From: Heteronotia binoei
Lineage: Eukaryota
DNA: 64,000 bases
Reading direction: 5' to 3'
NCBI RefSeq assembly: GCF_032191835.1
Contig: NC_083240.1
Span: 27,652,001 to 27,716,000 of the forward strand
Shown piece by piece: positions 37,979-50,230 of the stretch (positions are counted from its first letter, which is position 1; every line of letters starts with the position of its first letter). The translations under genes and the position numbers were made by a program. The notes beneath the pieces were generated by a model, which did not search any database, was not told where the DNA came from, and saw nothing but the letters and a program-made list of their open reading frames with translations.

Positions 37979-38293
37979 CAGGGGTGGCCTTGCTTAACAT
38001 AAGAGCCACACTGGATAAATGTCAGATGTTTGAGAGCCACAAGACATGAAACATCAGATGTTTGAGAGAAGGAAGGAAGGAAGGAAAATAGATGGGGAAG
38101 GGAAGAGGGAGGGAAAAGTGGAAAGAAAGCAACTTCAAATGCATTCTCTAAGCTGCCAGCTGGCTTGGAGAAATTATTTGAAGAAATATGCCTTTTCCAA
38201 GCCAGCCAGTGGGGTGGGAGGGCCATCGAAAGCCACACAATATTGTGTGAAAGAGCCACATGTGGCTCCCAAGCCACTGATTGGCCACCCCTG
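37979..38293. mobile_element. hAT-Charlie-type MITE
   Basis: TSD atctagct/atctaact. Confidence 0.85.
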
Positions 38294-38978
38294 ATCTAAC
38301 TCATATTGGCCAGTTTCAGTGCCAGTGTTTTTTTCAGGATACAAAAACAGGCTGTTCCCTGTTTGTGAGGTCTCCTGAGTAATCTGGAGGACATGGTGGT
38401 GCCACAGTAGATGGAGATCCAGCAGGGATATTTTTATATTCTCAGTCTAGAGTCTCCCAAAAGTCTGCCTTAAAAGTCCCAAAAGCTCATTAGCAATCCC
38501 ACCCCCACTTCTTTGGTGATGCTTTCTGCATCAGCTCTGTAACCAGCTCACGTGACGCAAATTGAATGAGTCTGTACAGTTTTTCTTATTTTATACGCCT
38601 GCTTCCTCAACTTTTTCCTATTTTGCCTCAATTAATTCAAAGCCAGTCAGACTGAAGAGAATTCCCTGCATGCAGGAAATCTTGCTCTCCTGTTGCTGAG
38701 ATTCCAGATACCACGTGCATTTTCAAACCTGTTTTTGCATCCTTAAGGACAGGAAACTTGTGTTACAGAAATTGCAGCAGTGCCTATGATGGACAGGACT
38801 GAGGCTATCCCCTTTCCCCCTTGTCAGCTAATTACCTTTTTTATTCTGTTAGTGCAGCAGAACAAGGGGAGGGGGGGAGACCCTTTAGAACCCTGGGAAC
38901 CCAGAGAGGGAAAGGGGAGGGCCAGTTGGTGGAAAAGAGAAGTACTGAACTGTCATTTTCCTTAGGTAGGGTCTAGGC

Positions 38979-39541
38979 CAGGGGTCCTCCATGAAGCACT
39001 CATGGGTATCTTAGCACCAGTTGACACTTTTCCCATGCCTACCACATATGGTTGCCAGCTCCAGTTTGGGAAATAACTGAAGATTTTGGGGGTACAGTCT
39101 GGGTAGGGGAATGATTTTAATGGGGTATAATGCCTTAGAGTCCACCTTCTAAAGTGGCCATTTTCTTCAGGGAACGGATCTCTATTGCTTAGAGATCAGC
39201 TGTAATAGTGGTAGATCTCCAGCCACCACCTGGAAGTTGGAAACCCCACCAGCAAGTGGTTATTTTTAGAAAGTGGGAGGGCCTATATATGGGGCTTTTG
39301 CCCCCCACAAGTCTTCTGACTGGATACTGGAGATTTTATTGACTGCAGATTTTTTTAAAAGTTGCTTTAGCAGCAGCTGCCACTACTGCACAAGTATCTC
39401 CACTGTGTGACTGATGGTAACCTTCAGTGGCCATTTTGTCACTGGCTCTGCCTCCTGTGGCAGCCATTTTGTGGCTGCACCCACCATGCTACCTCAGACT
39501 TCCAAAGGTTGCCTCAGGCTCAAAAGGGTTGGGGACTGCTG
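38979..39541. mobile_element. Old Charlie-type MITE containing a nested TAGGG MITE
   Basis: caggggtcc...ggggactgctg; TSD gtctaggc/gcctagac. Confidence 0.65.
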
Positions 39542-41345
39542 GCCTAGACATTCTGACAGGCAGGGTAGAATAAGTAGGTCTATCCTGCAGTGTCTCTTGA
39601 CAGAAAATAGCAGGTTTGGTCCAGTGTGGTGACCCAGAGGACCACAGACTAATTTAGAAACTCTTGAACACAGTATTTCTGGGTAGAGGGACTCTAACAG
39701 GCAGATTGTAAAAGATCCGGAAATCTTGAACGAGCTGGGGAAACCTGAGAGAAATTTGGCTGTTTTATCCTCATAGACTGACAATTTCTGGCTGCCTCTT
39801 CATCTCTCAAACAACTTGTCCCTTAATTACATTGTTTCTCCAATATACATCTCCCCAACAGATATGTTTATGCACAATTTATTTTGGAACACTAAAACCT
39901 TTATTTTCCCCCATAGGGAAAGAAATAAAATCCTGTTTTTATTGACCACTGGACTCTCCCTTGGAATATTCAAGTGAAATATAATGTGTTAAATACCAGG
40001 GCAGGAGGGAGGGCAGGATGGTCCCCTCAAGAGCCAGAGGCAGGTCTCATCAGTGTCTGTTATTTAGTTCAGCGATGGTTAATGTCCAGTAAATTACCAA
40101 ATGCTGACAGGCCAGTTCATGATCAAATCTTTGGCCTCTATGTATTATTTAAATTTGCCTGGTGACAATTTACATTCTAACATGGTAATAATTACACTCT
40201 AACATGGTACAAATTAGAGGACAGTGATGTCTTATTAAGTGTGGGGCTTTCCCTCCCAAACAGAAAAGGCCTCAGGGTTGTGGTCACAAACATACCTATA
40301 AATGAAAACAGAGAAATAACAAGACCTGCATGAATCCACACCACAGGTGGAATATCACAGTGCCTCAAGCCGATTCTGCAGGGTTTTAAAAATGTGATTG
40401 AAGGGGGGAATGCATGGTACAGACCACCCTCCCCTTCCACGCATGTACAGCAGAGCTGTAACAAGGGCAAGGCAAGTAGAATGCTTGTCTCAGCTACACA
40501 AAGCTGAGGGGCACAGATAAAGTATATAATGACTCAAACGTAAGTTGTGTTATTATAACTCTTGTTATTTATATAGTTACCTTTTAATCAAAATAACTGC
40601 TATGAATGTATAGGTGTGCAATTTTATATTTTTGCCCCAGATGTAAAATGAGCTAATTATGACTTTGACGTGCAGCTTCAGTATGTACGTATGCATTCCC
40701 TCAAAATCCAAGGTTCCCTTTTCATATGTCAAATGTTGCAACATACAGTTGTGCCCCTGAGGAAGACTGACAGCTGACCTGGTTTTTGAAGTGTGAGGTG
40801 TTTGGCATCTGTCACACTGATTGTGAAGTCAGGTGGACTTGAAAGGCGAGTAAGAATCCTCTTGGTGACTTCTTTGTTAATCTTTTGTTGGACAGCGTAG
40901 AGAAAACCAAAAGGCACCTTTCAGGCTAACCCATTTTCCTTCAGCATAAGCTTTCGTGAGTCAGCCTCACTTCTTCAGATGCATTATATGAAATGAAAAT
41001 TCACACCTGTGTTTCTAACTACAATCACGAGTGTGGTGGGGTTCTCCAGCTGAGAAGGGTCTTTCCCAACTATTGAGCTCTTTGTCACATAGAACATTTT
41101 ATAGCAAATCATGCTGAATGAGCTCACATGTAAGTAGCATTGCCAGCCTCCACGTGGGGCCTGGTGTTCTCCCAAAATTAAAACTTTTCTGTAGGCTACA
41201 AAGATTATTTCCCCCCAAGAAAATGGCTGCTTTGGAGAATCCATTGTATGGTATCACATCTCTGCTGAGCTCCCTGAACATGCTCCATCCCCAAATCTCT
41301 AGGAATTACCCGAGAGTTGGCAACCCTGTGCATTAGAGAATGGAA

Positions 41346-41463
41346 TAAGAACATAAGAGAAGCCATGTTAGATCAAGCCAATGGCCCATCCAGTCCAACA
41401 CTCTGTGTCACATAGTGGCAAAAAAAAAAAAATTATATATATATATACACACATATATATATA

Positions 41464-41496
<33 letters not shown>

Positions 41497-42440
41497 TGTG
41501 GCTAATAGCCACTGATGGACCTCTGCTTCATATTTTTATCTAAACCCCTCTTGAAGGTGGCTATGCTTGTGGCCGCCACCACCTCCTGTGGCAGTGAATT
41601 CCACATGTTAATCACCCTTTGGGTGAAGAAGTACTTCCTTTTATCTGTTTTAACCCGTCTGCTCAGCAATTTCATCGAATGCCCACGAGTTCTTGTATTG
41701 TGAGAAAGGGAGAAAAGTACCTCTTTCTCAACACTCTCCATCCCATGCATTATCTTGTAAACCTCTATCATGTCACCCCGCAGTCGACGTTTCTCCAAGC
41801 TAAAGAGTCCCAAGCATTACAACCTTTCTTCATAGGGAAAGTGTTCCAGCCCTTTAATCATTCTAGTTGCCCTTTTCTGGACTTTCTCCAATGCTATAAT
41901 ATCCTATTTGAGGTGCGGCAACCAGAACTGCACACAGTACTCCAAATGAGACAGCACCATCGATTCATACAGGGGCGTTATGATACTGGCTGATTTGTTT
42001 TCAATTCCCTTCCTAATAATTCCCAGCATGGTGTTGGCCTTTTTTATTGCAGACGCACACTGTTTTGACATTTTCAGTGAGTTATCTACCATGACCCCAA
42101 GATCTCTCTCTTGGTCAGTCTCTGCCAGTTCACACCCCATCAACTTGTATTTGTAGCTGGGATTCTTGGCCCCAATGTGCATTACTTTGCACTTGGCCAC
42201 ATTGAACCGCATCTGCCACGTTGACGCCCACTCACCCAGCCTCAACAGATCTCTTTGAAGTTCCTCACAATCCTCTCTGGTTTTCACCACCCTGAACAAT
42301 TTAGTGTCATCTGCAAACTTGGTCACTTCACTGCTCACTCCCAACTCTAAATCATTTATGAACAAGTTAAAGAGCATGGGACCCAGTACCGAGCCCTGCG
42401 AAGCACCCACTGCTTACTGTCCTCCATTTATACTCACTCT
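41346..42440 (-). mobile_element. 5'-truncated CR1 LINE, same young subfamily as 21772
   Basis: ORFs 41904-42410 and 41502-41813; (TA/CA)n 3' UTR; cataag tail. Confidence 0.95.
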
Positions 42441-42618
42441 TTGCTGGACTTGTTGGTACATTTAGTTAGCGACCAGAGCAGTCACAGGTTCCAGCCTCTT
42501 TGGGGGGTTCAGTTGCAGAGAAACAAAAATCCCCTTCCATGGTGGCTGAGTATGAAGCATAAGACAAGGAATACAAAGTGTGAAGCAGTGGTTATCCCCT
42601 ATCTTGTTATACCTCTAA

Positions 42619-42638
42619 TCTGCCACCAGATGGCAGTA
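42619..42638 (+). promoter_or_regulatory. CTCF-type motif
   Basis: tctgCCACCAGATGGCAGta matches the CTCF core CCASYAGRKGGCRS exactly and lies in non-repeat, CpG-retaining sequence. Confidence 0.65.
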
Positions 42639-43449
42639 GGCATCCCGCCATTGAATTTTGGTGCCCTTGGGTACTGACAGACGGCAGGACAGGGTTTTTC
42701 GAGCTGGCTGCTGAACGCAGAGATGCCCCCACGCATGCAGTCAAACACAGCGGGGAGAGACGGGGACACCTGGATTGAGAAAGAAGGAATCCACGATAAA
42801 GACGCCCACGGCACACATAGTGAGAACACAGCTGTGGATGCAGGAACGCAATGCGGCATTTTAAAATAAACAAGAGACACATTGCTTTGGATAAACACCT
42901 CAGGTGCATATGTATGCACACTAATGGTGACCACAGATGCCTAGATTTTAATTTGGGGCCTGGCTAGCTAGGGTTCACTCCTGAAGCTTGCCATCAACAT
43001 CAAGGGGGAGAGAAGGGAAATAAGTGTCTCTGAGCATATGCTGAGTGCCTTTCTGTTTTGTTGTTGCTTAATCATGAGCCCCTCATATGCCTGGCATTCA
43101 TAAGAGTGTAAATGAGCAAGAGAGAGGAGTAGCGTTTTATACTGGCTAGAATGTGTGTTGGGGAAACCTGGGTTTGAATGCTGATCTGCTGTGAAACTTG
43201 TTAGGCAGCCTTGGGCTAGTTTTGATCCTTCTTGGAGCTGCTAGGAAGATAAGCTGGGATAAGGAAGACACCAATAGGAAGGGAAGGTGATAGATATGGG
43301 TATAAACCGGGAAGACTGCTTCGGTTTGTTTTCTGCCTTAGAAATCAAGTTGCATCTTTCATCTACTGTGGAGATCTCATCAGAGAATGGCTACAGGCTG
43401 TGATGCCTGTTTTGACATCTGTAGGAGCTGTGACGTCAGCTTTCATTGT

Positions 43450-43960
43450 GTTTGTTTGTTTGTTTGTTTGTTTGTTTGTTGGATTTATAACCCACCCTTC
43501 TCTGTACAACAGGGCTCAGAGTGGGTAACAACATGTACATAAACAATAGATATAATATAATTGTAATATATATATAATATAAAATTATGAAAACTTTTTA
43601 CACAATCTTTGCAAAAGATGGCATATAAGGGAGCAGAATCTAATTCCCCCTACAGGGAGGGAGGATAAATAGTTTACAATTAGTCAGTAAAAGAGAGAAC
43701 ACCAATGGGGAGGGAGGGGAAAAGAAAAAAGAAAGGGTAAGGAAAGGGAAGTCTAGAATGGTAACCATCACTGCCTTCAACCAGAGGCCTGGCAGAACAT
43801 CTCTGTCCTGCAGGCCCTGCAGAACTGCATCAAATCTCTCAGGGCTCAGATCTCACTTGGCAGAGCATCCCACCAGGTTGGAGCCAAGACCGAAAAGGCC
43901 CTGGCTCTGCTTGAGGACAGCTGGATATTTTCTGGGTCAAGGATCGCGTTCACTTATCCT
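43450..43960 (-). mobile_element. L2-clade LINE 3' fragment with (TTTG)n tail
   Basis: ggatttataacccacccttc...gggctcagagtgggtaaca; ccaccaggttggagccaagaccgaaaaggcc. Confidence 0.65.
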
Positions 43961-44136
43961 TCCTCAGGGCTTGTGCAGAAAATGCAAGTGGCCCCAATCC
44001 ATAGCTTGTATAGTCCAAAACCTGAGCAACCTCCTATGTTAAGCTGATTTCAGAAGCCTGACCCTTTCCTCAAACCCTTTCTCCCTCTCTTTCCTTAACC
44101 CTCTGCATGTTTCTGTTTCCTGCCATGCAACCTCAG

Positions 44137-44166
44137 CAAAAAGAGGAAGCCTGGATCAGAACGCAG
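44137..44166 (+). CDS. SRRM3: SRRM3 coding exon 5 (30 nt): KKRKPGSER(S)
   Basis: Acceptor aacctcAG, donor AG|GTGAGT, phase 2-2; fills the expected KKR...SE segment. Confidence 0.85.
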
Positions 44167-45095
44167 GTGAGTTGCAGTCATTGTTCCAGCAGAGCTTTCT
44201 GTAGGAGGAAGAGAGACGCTAGAAAGAGGAGGAAGAAGCTAAAGGGATGGTGTTGAGCAACATTTGGATGATATATATTTTCCCCCCATGTCATCATGAG
44301 GTGAGAAACTCATGCAGGACTGTATGTAATCAAAGTTAGCATTGAGGGTCAGCATGGCTGGGCATCTGTCTACCAAGGACACATCCCAGTGCAATGAGCA
44401 TACTCAGGCCTCATCGAGTCTTTGGGAATGCTTCTCTTCTCTTTCATTTACCATGTAATATTTTTCTATATGTCTCAAGAGTTCCTCCAGAATTCAAAAA
44501 GCTCTACATCTCCTGAGGCGGTTCCACTTTGTTGCCCTTCCAATAGGCACGACGATCAATTTTGGTATCAGAGAGAGAGAACGATAACGTCTTAGTGTTA
44601 AAATTCAGAAGTTCCAGGGGGGAAAGTTTGTGATCAAATTAAACAAATTATGGGACGTATGGGGAAATCTACCAAGAAATGTGTGTGTAACTATATGAGG
44701 TACTTTGGAGGAGAATTTGTTGTATAAAATTTGAGATCTTACATTATAAGCCATCTAAAACTTATTCAAGAAATGTAATTCAGCAAGCAAACACATGAAG
44801 CTGCCTTATACTGAATCAGACCTCTGGTCCGTCAAGATCTGTATTGTCTGCTCAAAATGGCAGCAGTTCCCCAGAGTCTTAGGTGGAAGTTTTTCACACC
44901 TACAAGGGCAGATGTTCAACTGCTGAGCCAAACCCCATCTCAGTTCCTTCATCAGTAAATAACTGTAACATTTCAGTCCTATATACTAAAGTCGTTTTTT
45001 AAGAAAAAGGAAGCTTCCTTTCTGCCTTTTCCAGAACCAGCAAATGTGCAGCCAAGGTCAAAGGGAGGTAGCGTGGCAGAATCCCACACATGTGG

Positions 45096-45309
45096 GAACA
45101 TATGAAGCTGCCTTATACTGAATCAGACCCTCGGTCCATCAAAGTCAGTATTGTCTATTCAGACTGGCAGTGGCTCTCCAGGGTCTCAGGCTGAGGTTTT
45201 TCACGCCTATTTGCCTGGACCCTTTCTAGTTGGAGATGCCGGGGATTGAACCTGGGACCTTCTGCTTACCAAGCAGATGTTCTACCACTGAGCCACTGTC
45301 CTTCCCCTT
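45096..45309 (-). mobile_element. Full-length tRNA SINE with CR1-type tail (Squam2-like); also 44790, 47375, 48420 and 54100
   Basis: A box gtggctcagtggtagaa, B box ggttcaatccc, CR1-like hairpin and ttcatatg end. Confidence 0.85.
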
Positions 45310-45662
45310 AAACAAGGGCTAAGAAATAAGACAGAGCACACTGCAAAAATACTAACTTTCCCGGTTCCCTGTCCTGCTGCAGTTGCCTGTGCAACTTATG
45401 CTCCTGTGGATCAGTGGAACCCCCCACTCTGGAACCTCCATGAGGGGGGGGGCGTCAAAGTGAGAGCTTGTAATGCAAAGAAGCAGTTAGTGAAAGTTGT
45501 CTTCTTATTCTTCTGTGCATGGAAGTTTAGGATCCAAACTCCAGGTTCAAAAATGCCCAGCCTTGGATTTATCCAGGGACAGCAAATCCATTAATGCCTT
45601 TCAGTCCTATCTTGAGCACCTCTTTCAGCTTCACGAAATGGTTCCTTCTGTTTACTTTCCAG

Positions 45663-45731
45663 CGGGGACAGCTCTTCTCCAGTCCGGAAGGAGAAGAAGA
45701 AGAAGACAGGGAAAAAGCATAGGAGGGACAG
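45663..45731 (+). CDS. SRRM3: SRRM3 coding exon 6 (69 nt): GDSSSPVRKEKKKKTGKKHRRD(R)
   Basis: Acceptor tactttccAG, donor AG|GTAAGT, phase 2-2. Confidence 0.92.
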
Positions 45732-46771
45732 GTAAGTGGCTGTGACAGCTTTCGCCTCACCCCTCCACACACACATTCACTACTGTATCAGTTCCTCTCT
45801 CCATTTCTCACTTCCACTGGGCAGTCAGATTCCATCCCTTTCCCCACAAATTAGGCAGGGGTCTCTGCTGACACTGCAGAGTCGGTTCTTAGAGGCACTT
45901 CCAAAATTCCCCTTATTCAGTTTTCTTCTTGGATGTTGAACCTGGTTGTATTTCTCATATGGAGCTGATACACCTGAAACCTTTTAGTAGTTCCCTTTAA
46001 AAAAAAATTAACTCTGTGTAGGATCAGGCTACCCAGTGTCGATGGGAAGGAGCAAGTTCATATATCTCTAGAAGGATGTTCTGGGTTTTTTAAAAAAAAA
46101 CTTGGTAAGGAGTTCAGGTTTATTACAGTCATCGACCAGTACATTTCAATCACTTAAAACAACCTTGAAATACATTGTGGAAAGTCCCAATGAGAAACTA
46201 GATTTGTAGGACCCCATAATAACAGTGGATAGCTTAAGACATTTTGGTAAGAATATTTATACCTGCCTTCTCGATTTGTCTGCTTCAAATCATAGACCAA
46301 TAAAAATAAACGTGGAAAGTAACAATGTAAAGCATTAGAAAGGGGCAGAGGGCACAGCTCGAGCCATTAGAAATCAAGCAGGAAAAGGTTTTTAAAAAGG
46401 AGTAAAGTACCAGGCCAAAGAATAATGAACAAGGGGACGGAAACTCCTTTAAATGGGAGAAACCAAAGGGGTGCGCTTGGCAGTGCCTTGTGTGTGGCGT
46501 AGGATAACCCCCTTTCTTTCCCCTAATGGTGACCCCAGCCAATGAGAATCAAATCTGCCCTTATCTGCATAGCCCCACCTTTTAATGCTTAGTCCCAGCC
46601 TGGAGTGTCCAGTGCTTCTTCCTCACACTTCATGGGATGTCCTGGGGTGATGCTTGGAACTGGCATTTGCAAAGAAAGAGATGCTCAAGTTAACTTCTTG
46701 TTGACCATCTCAACCAATGGCCCCCCTTTCCCTCCTCCCTCTTTGTTTTCCTCTCATCGGCTGCCCTTCAG

Positions 46772-46807
46772 ATCTGCATCAGGATCCCGCAAGAAGAGGA
46801 GGCACAG
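46772..46807 (+). CDS. SRRM3: SRRM3 coding exon 7 (36 nt): SASGSRKKRRH(R)
   Basis: Acceptor gcccttcAG, donor AG|GTGAGA, phase 2-2. Confidence 0.9.
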
Positions 46808-47814
46808 GTGAGACCTAACAGTGTGGATTCCTTTCCACTCCTTTCCTTCCTTTCACCAATAACACCTCCCAACACACACACATGCAAAATCCAGAAATAG
46901 TCCTCTGTTCTCTCCCTTCATCCAAACCTGATTGGACGATGCGCTGACTTCTGGTGGCCAATTCCCACGTTGATTGGAGGCACCTTAACTGAGGCACTGC
47001 AATATTAGTTCACGACCCATTTCGCTCTGCTAACTGACTGTCCTCCTTTTGCATGGATGGTGTGTATGAAAGAACACGGTGTGAGAATCCTGAAGTGGTA
47101 TCTGTTCTGTTTCCCTTTGAACTGTACTTGGCAACATCAACCCCAGGGAAACACCATGTCAATGCAGTCTCTGTGCCTTCTTGTTCAGACCACCATGAAG
47201 TCATGAAGAGAGGGACCATGTACGGTGTGATTTTTCTTTATACGTGCATTGAGTCATTCTCACATTACATCTGGCACACGTACAGCCTAATGTGTGATTG
47301 ACAACAAACATTTATCCCTGCTTTCATTTGTAAAATGAATGCAGGTTGACTGTTCCTGGCAAACGTGCATGAATGCACATGAAGCTTACCTTACACTAAA
47401 TCAGACAGTAATGGTCAGTATTGTCCACTCAGGCTGGCAGCAGCTCCCCGGGGTCTCAGGTATAGGTCTTTCCCATCACTTGTTGCCTGGTGTTTTTAAA
47501 CTGGAGATGCTGGGGTTTGAACCTGGGATCTCCTGCATGCAAAGTAGAGGGTCTTTCACTGAACCATGGTCCTAGCAATATGCAGGATGTACGTGTGTTC
47601 ACTATAACAGGTGACCAGGGCTACTTGCTCCCTGCTGTGAGTTGTCCCCACCCCCATCCACAGCAGTTTTCATTTTGACCCAGGAAAGAAAGCTATTTGT
47701 GCATATTGTAGGTGGAGCCTGAAGGCCTTAGGGTGGGCTCAGGAGGGTCAGGGGAGAGCCTTGTCCTGCCTGGTGCCTCAGGGAGGATCCTGCAGACTTA
47801 GGCAGATGCTATAG

Positions 47815-48156
47815 CAGGGTGGCCAAACTGTGGCTCAGGTGCCACGTGTGGCTCTTTCACACATATTGTGTGGCTCTCAAAGCCGCCACCGCCCTGTCAG
47901 CTGGCCTGGAGAAGGCATTTCTCTCTTTAAATCTCTTCTCCAAGCTAAAACAGCCAGCGGCTCGGAAAATGCATTTAAAGTTGATTTCTTTCCACCTCCC
48001 CATTTCCCTTCCTCCCTCCCTCCCTCCCTTACTTCATTCCTTCCTTCCCCTTCCTTCCTTCCTTCTGTTAAAATTTGACATTCATGTCTTGTGGATCTCA
48101 AACATCTGACATTTATTCAGTGTGGCTCTTACATTAAGCAAGTTTGGCCACTCCTG
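47815..48156. mobile_element. hAT-Charlie-type MITE (also 54292-54577 and a fragment at 2961-3095)
   Basis: TIRs; TSD tgctatag/cactatag. Confidence 0.85.
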
Positions 48157-48912
48157 CACTATAGGGGAAAAGCTGCACGCAAAGCAGTCTTCCCCCTCGA
48201 TTCTGGGCAGAGATGCCTGCAACGCTCACATTCCCATGATGTTGCAGACTATACATGTTAACAGTTTGTAATGCTTACCTTCAATGCCAAGCTGAGCAGT
48301 GCAGAAGGGAAACATTCTAGCATTACTCCTAATAAGAGCGTAAGTAGGGTGGGCAAGCTGGCTGTGAAGCTCTCTCTTTCCTTGCCTCCCATTTCCCACC
48401 ACCACTACCAGCACTTCCCATGAACACCTGAAGCTGCCTCATACTGAATCAGACCATCGGCCCATCAGGTTCAATATAGTCCACTCAGACTGGCAGCAGC
48501 TCTCCAGGGTCTCAGGCAGAGATCTTTCCCATCACCTCATGCCTGGCCCTTTTAACCAGAGGTGCCAGTGCTTGAACCTGGGACTTTCTCCATTGCCAAG
48601 CAGATGCTTTACTACTGAGCCACACCCCCTTCTGGTGCTGAGTTAGTGTTGTCCAAAACAGCAGCAGCCTCAGCAAGTGGAAGGTACTGGGTTGGGGGCG
48701 GGGGGGGGGGATGAGAGGCAGAGGGAGATGATGGTTGGACTCCCAAGGAGGATCTGGAATTACGAGCAACTGAAGAATCCCTGGGGGAAATAGATTCTCC
48801 ACACCATTGAAAGTTTGCCACTATTGCTGGGCTATTTCCAAATGAAGTAGGGAGAAAAATGTGTTCATGTCTAATTCTTGGTTGCCTGACCAGAATAGCC
48901 CAGGCTGACTTA

Positions 48913-49174
48913 GGGTGATTCCGCACTCACCTTGGTCCAGGGCAGGCTTTCATTTCCATGCGGAGCAAGTTGGCGATTTTGCAGCAGTTGCTCTGCGCCG
49001 CCATTTTGTGTGCCGCAGTGTAAGCCTGAAAAAAACAGGTTTACACTGCAGCAGGGCAAATTGTGGGTTTGCCCCGCGCAAAATGGCGGTGCGGAGCAAC
49101 TGGTGCGAAATCGCCAGCTTGCTCCGCGCGGAAACAGAAGCCTGCCCCGGACCAAGGTGAGTGCGGAATCACCC
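48913..49174. mobile_element. Harbinger/Tourist-like palindromic MITE inserted in a 5S-SINE head (48880-49350)
   Basis: TIR gggtgattccgcactcacc; perfect TTA TSD; CpG-rich, so young. Confidence 0.88.
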
Positions 49175-49558
49175 TTAATCTCATCAGATCTTGGAAGCTA
49201 AGCAGGGTTGGGGTTGGTTGGTGCTGGGATGAGAGACCACCAAGGAAGTCCAGGGTTGCTATGCAGAGGCAGGCAGTGACCGAGCCAACTCTGAATGTCT
49301 CTTGCCCTGAAAACCCCATTGGGCTGCTGTAAGTCAACCGTGGCTCAATGGCAAACCCCAACCCCCCACCCCAAAAAACCTTGGCCTTCTTCCAAAGATC
49401 TTATTTCTCCCCCTGAAGAGGAACCCTGAAACGTGGCACCCCTAGGCAGGGGGGATGCACCAATGTTAAAAGGCTATGAAGCCGATGGTGACTTCCACTG
49501 TGGTTGTGTGCTGCATCTTGCTCTTTTTCTGCATGTTCAGTTTCCCACTGTCCCATAG

Positions 49559-49609
49559 GTCCAGAAGTCCCAAGAGCAAACGGAAAGAGAAAAACAAAAA
49601 CCGCAAAAG
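49559..49609 (+). CDS. SRRM3: SRRM3 coding exon 8 (51 nt): SRSPKSKRKEKNKNRK(R)
   Basis: Acceptor tcccatAG, donor AG|GTGAGC, phase 2-2. Confidence 0.9.
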
Positions 49610-50044
49610 GTGAGCTTCGAAAGGCCCTCCGTAGCCCTGAGCCCGGCTCATGGTTCAGTCATGTGGAATGGAAGGGTGACGGGTATTTCCTCTGGCTCTC
49701 CCTTCGTGATCCCTCCTTCCTGCCCTGTGCTTTAATTGTTGGGGGGTGGGGGTTTTGCACGCATATTATATTTTCGCTTGGTGTCAATTGTTTTAATGTT
49801 TGTTTCTCATGGCATTTAAGATGAGTCTTGTTATGCATTATGTTTTTTTAATTTCTTAGTTGCCTCGGTGGCCCTAAGGGGGGCAAAAAAGCAGAATATG
49901 CACTTTGTAAATAAATGTTTGTAAATAGTGTGGAGCTATGTGGACACCAGCCCTGAGCATATTCTAGCCATCAAAGGGAGTGTATTAATTAAACAGTGTG
50001 GATTTTATAATGTTCTCTTTGTATGGCATCATTAAGCATATTTT

Positions 50045-50230
50045 CAAGATAGAAGAAGATATTGGATTTATATCCTTCCCTCCACTCCAAATCTCAGAGC
50101 GGCTCACAGTCTCTTTTATCTTCCCCCGTCCACCACACCAGACACCCTGTGAGGTGGGTGGAGCTGAGAGAGTTCTCACAGAAGCTGCCCTTTTCATGGA
50201 CAACTCTGCAAGAGCTATGGCTGACCCAAG
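50045..50230 (-). mobile_element. Squam3-like SINE, partial
   Basis: Tail and body present, head missing. Confidence 0.75.

Noticed and set aside
44563-44573. TGGTATCAGAG, a perfect tRNA-iMet PBS match
   Set aside because: No LTR-like termini upstream; the surrounding sequence looks more like a decayed L1 3' coding remnant.
48631-48640. REST/RE1 half-sites (tggtgctga at 48632; tcagcacc near 55758)
   Set aside because: The second half (GGACAG) is missing at any canonical spacing.
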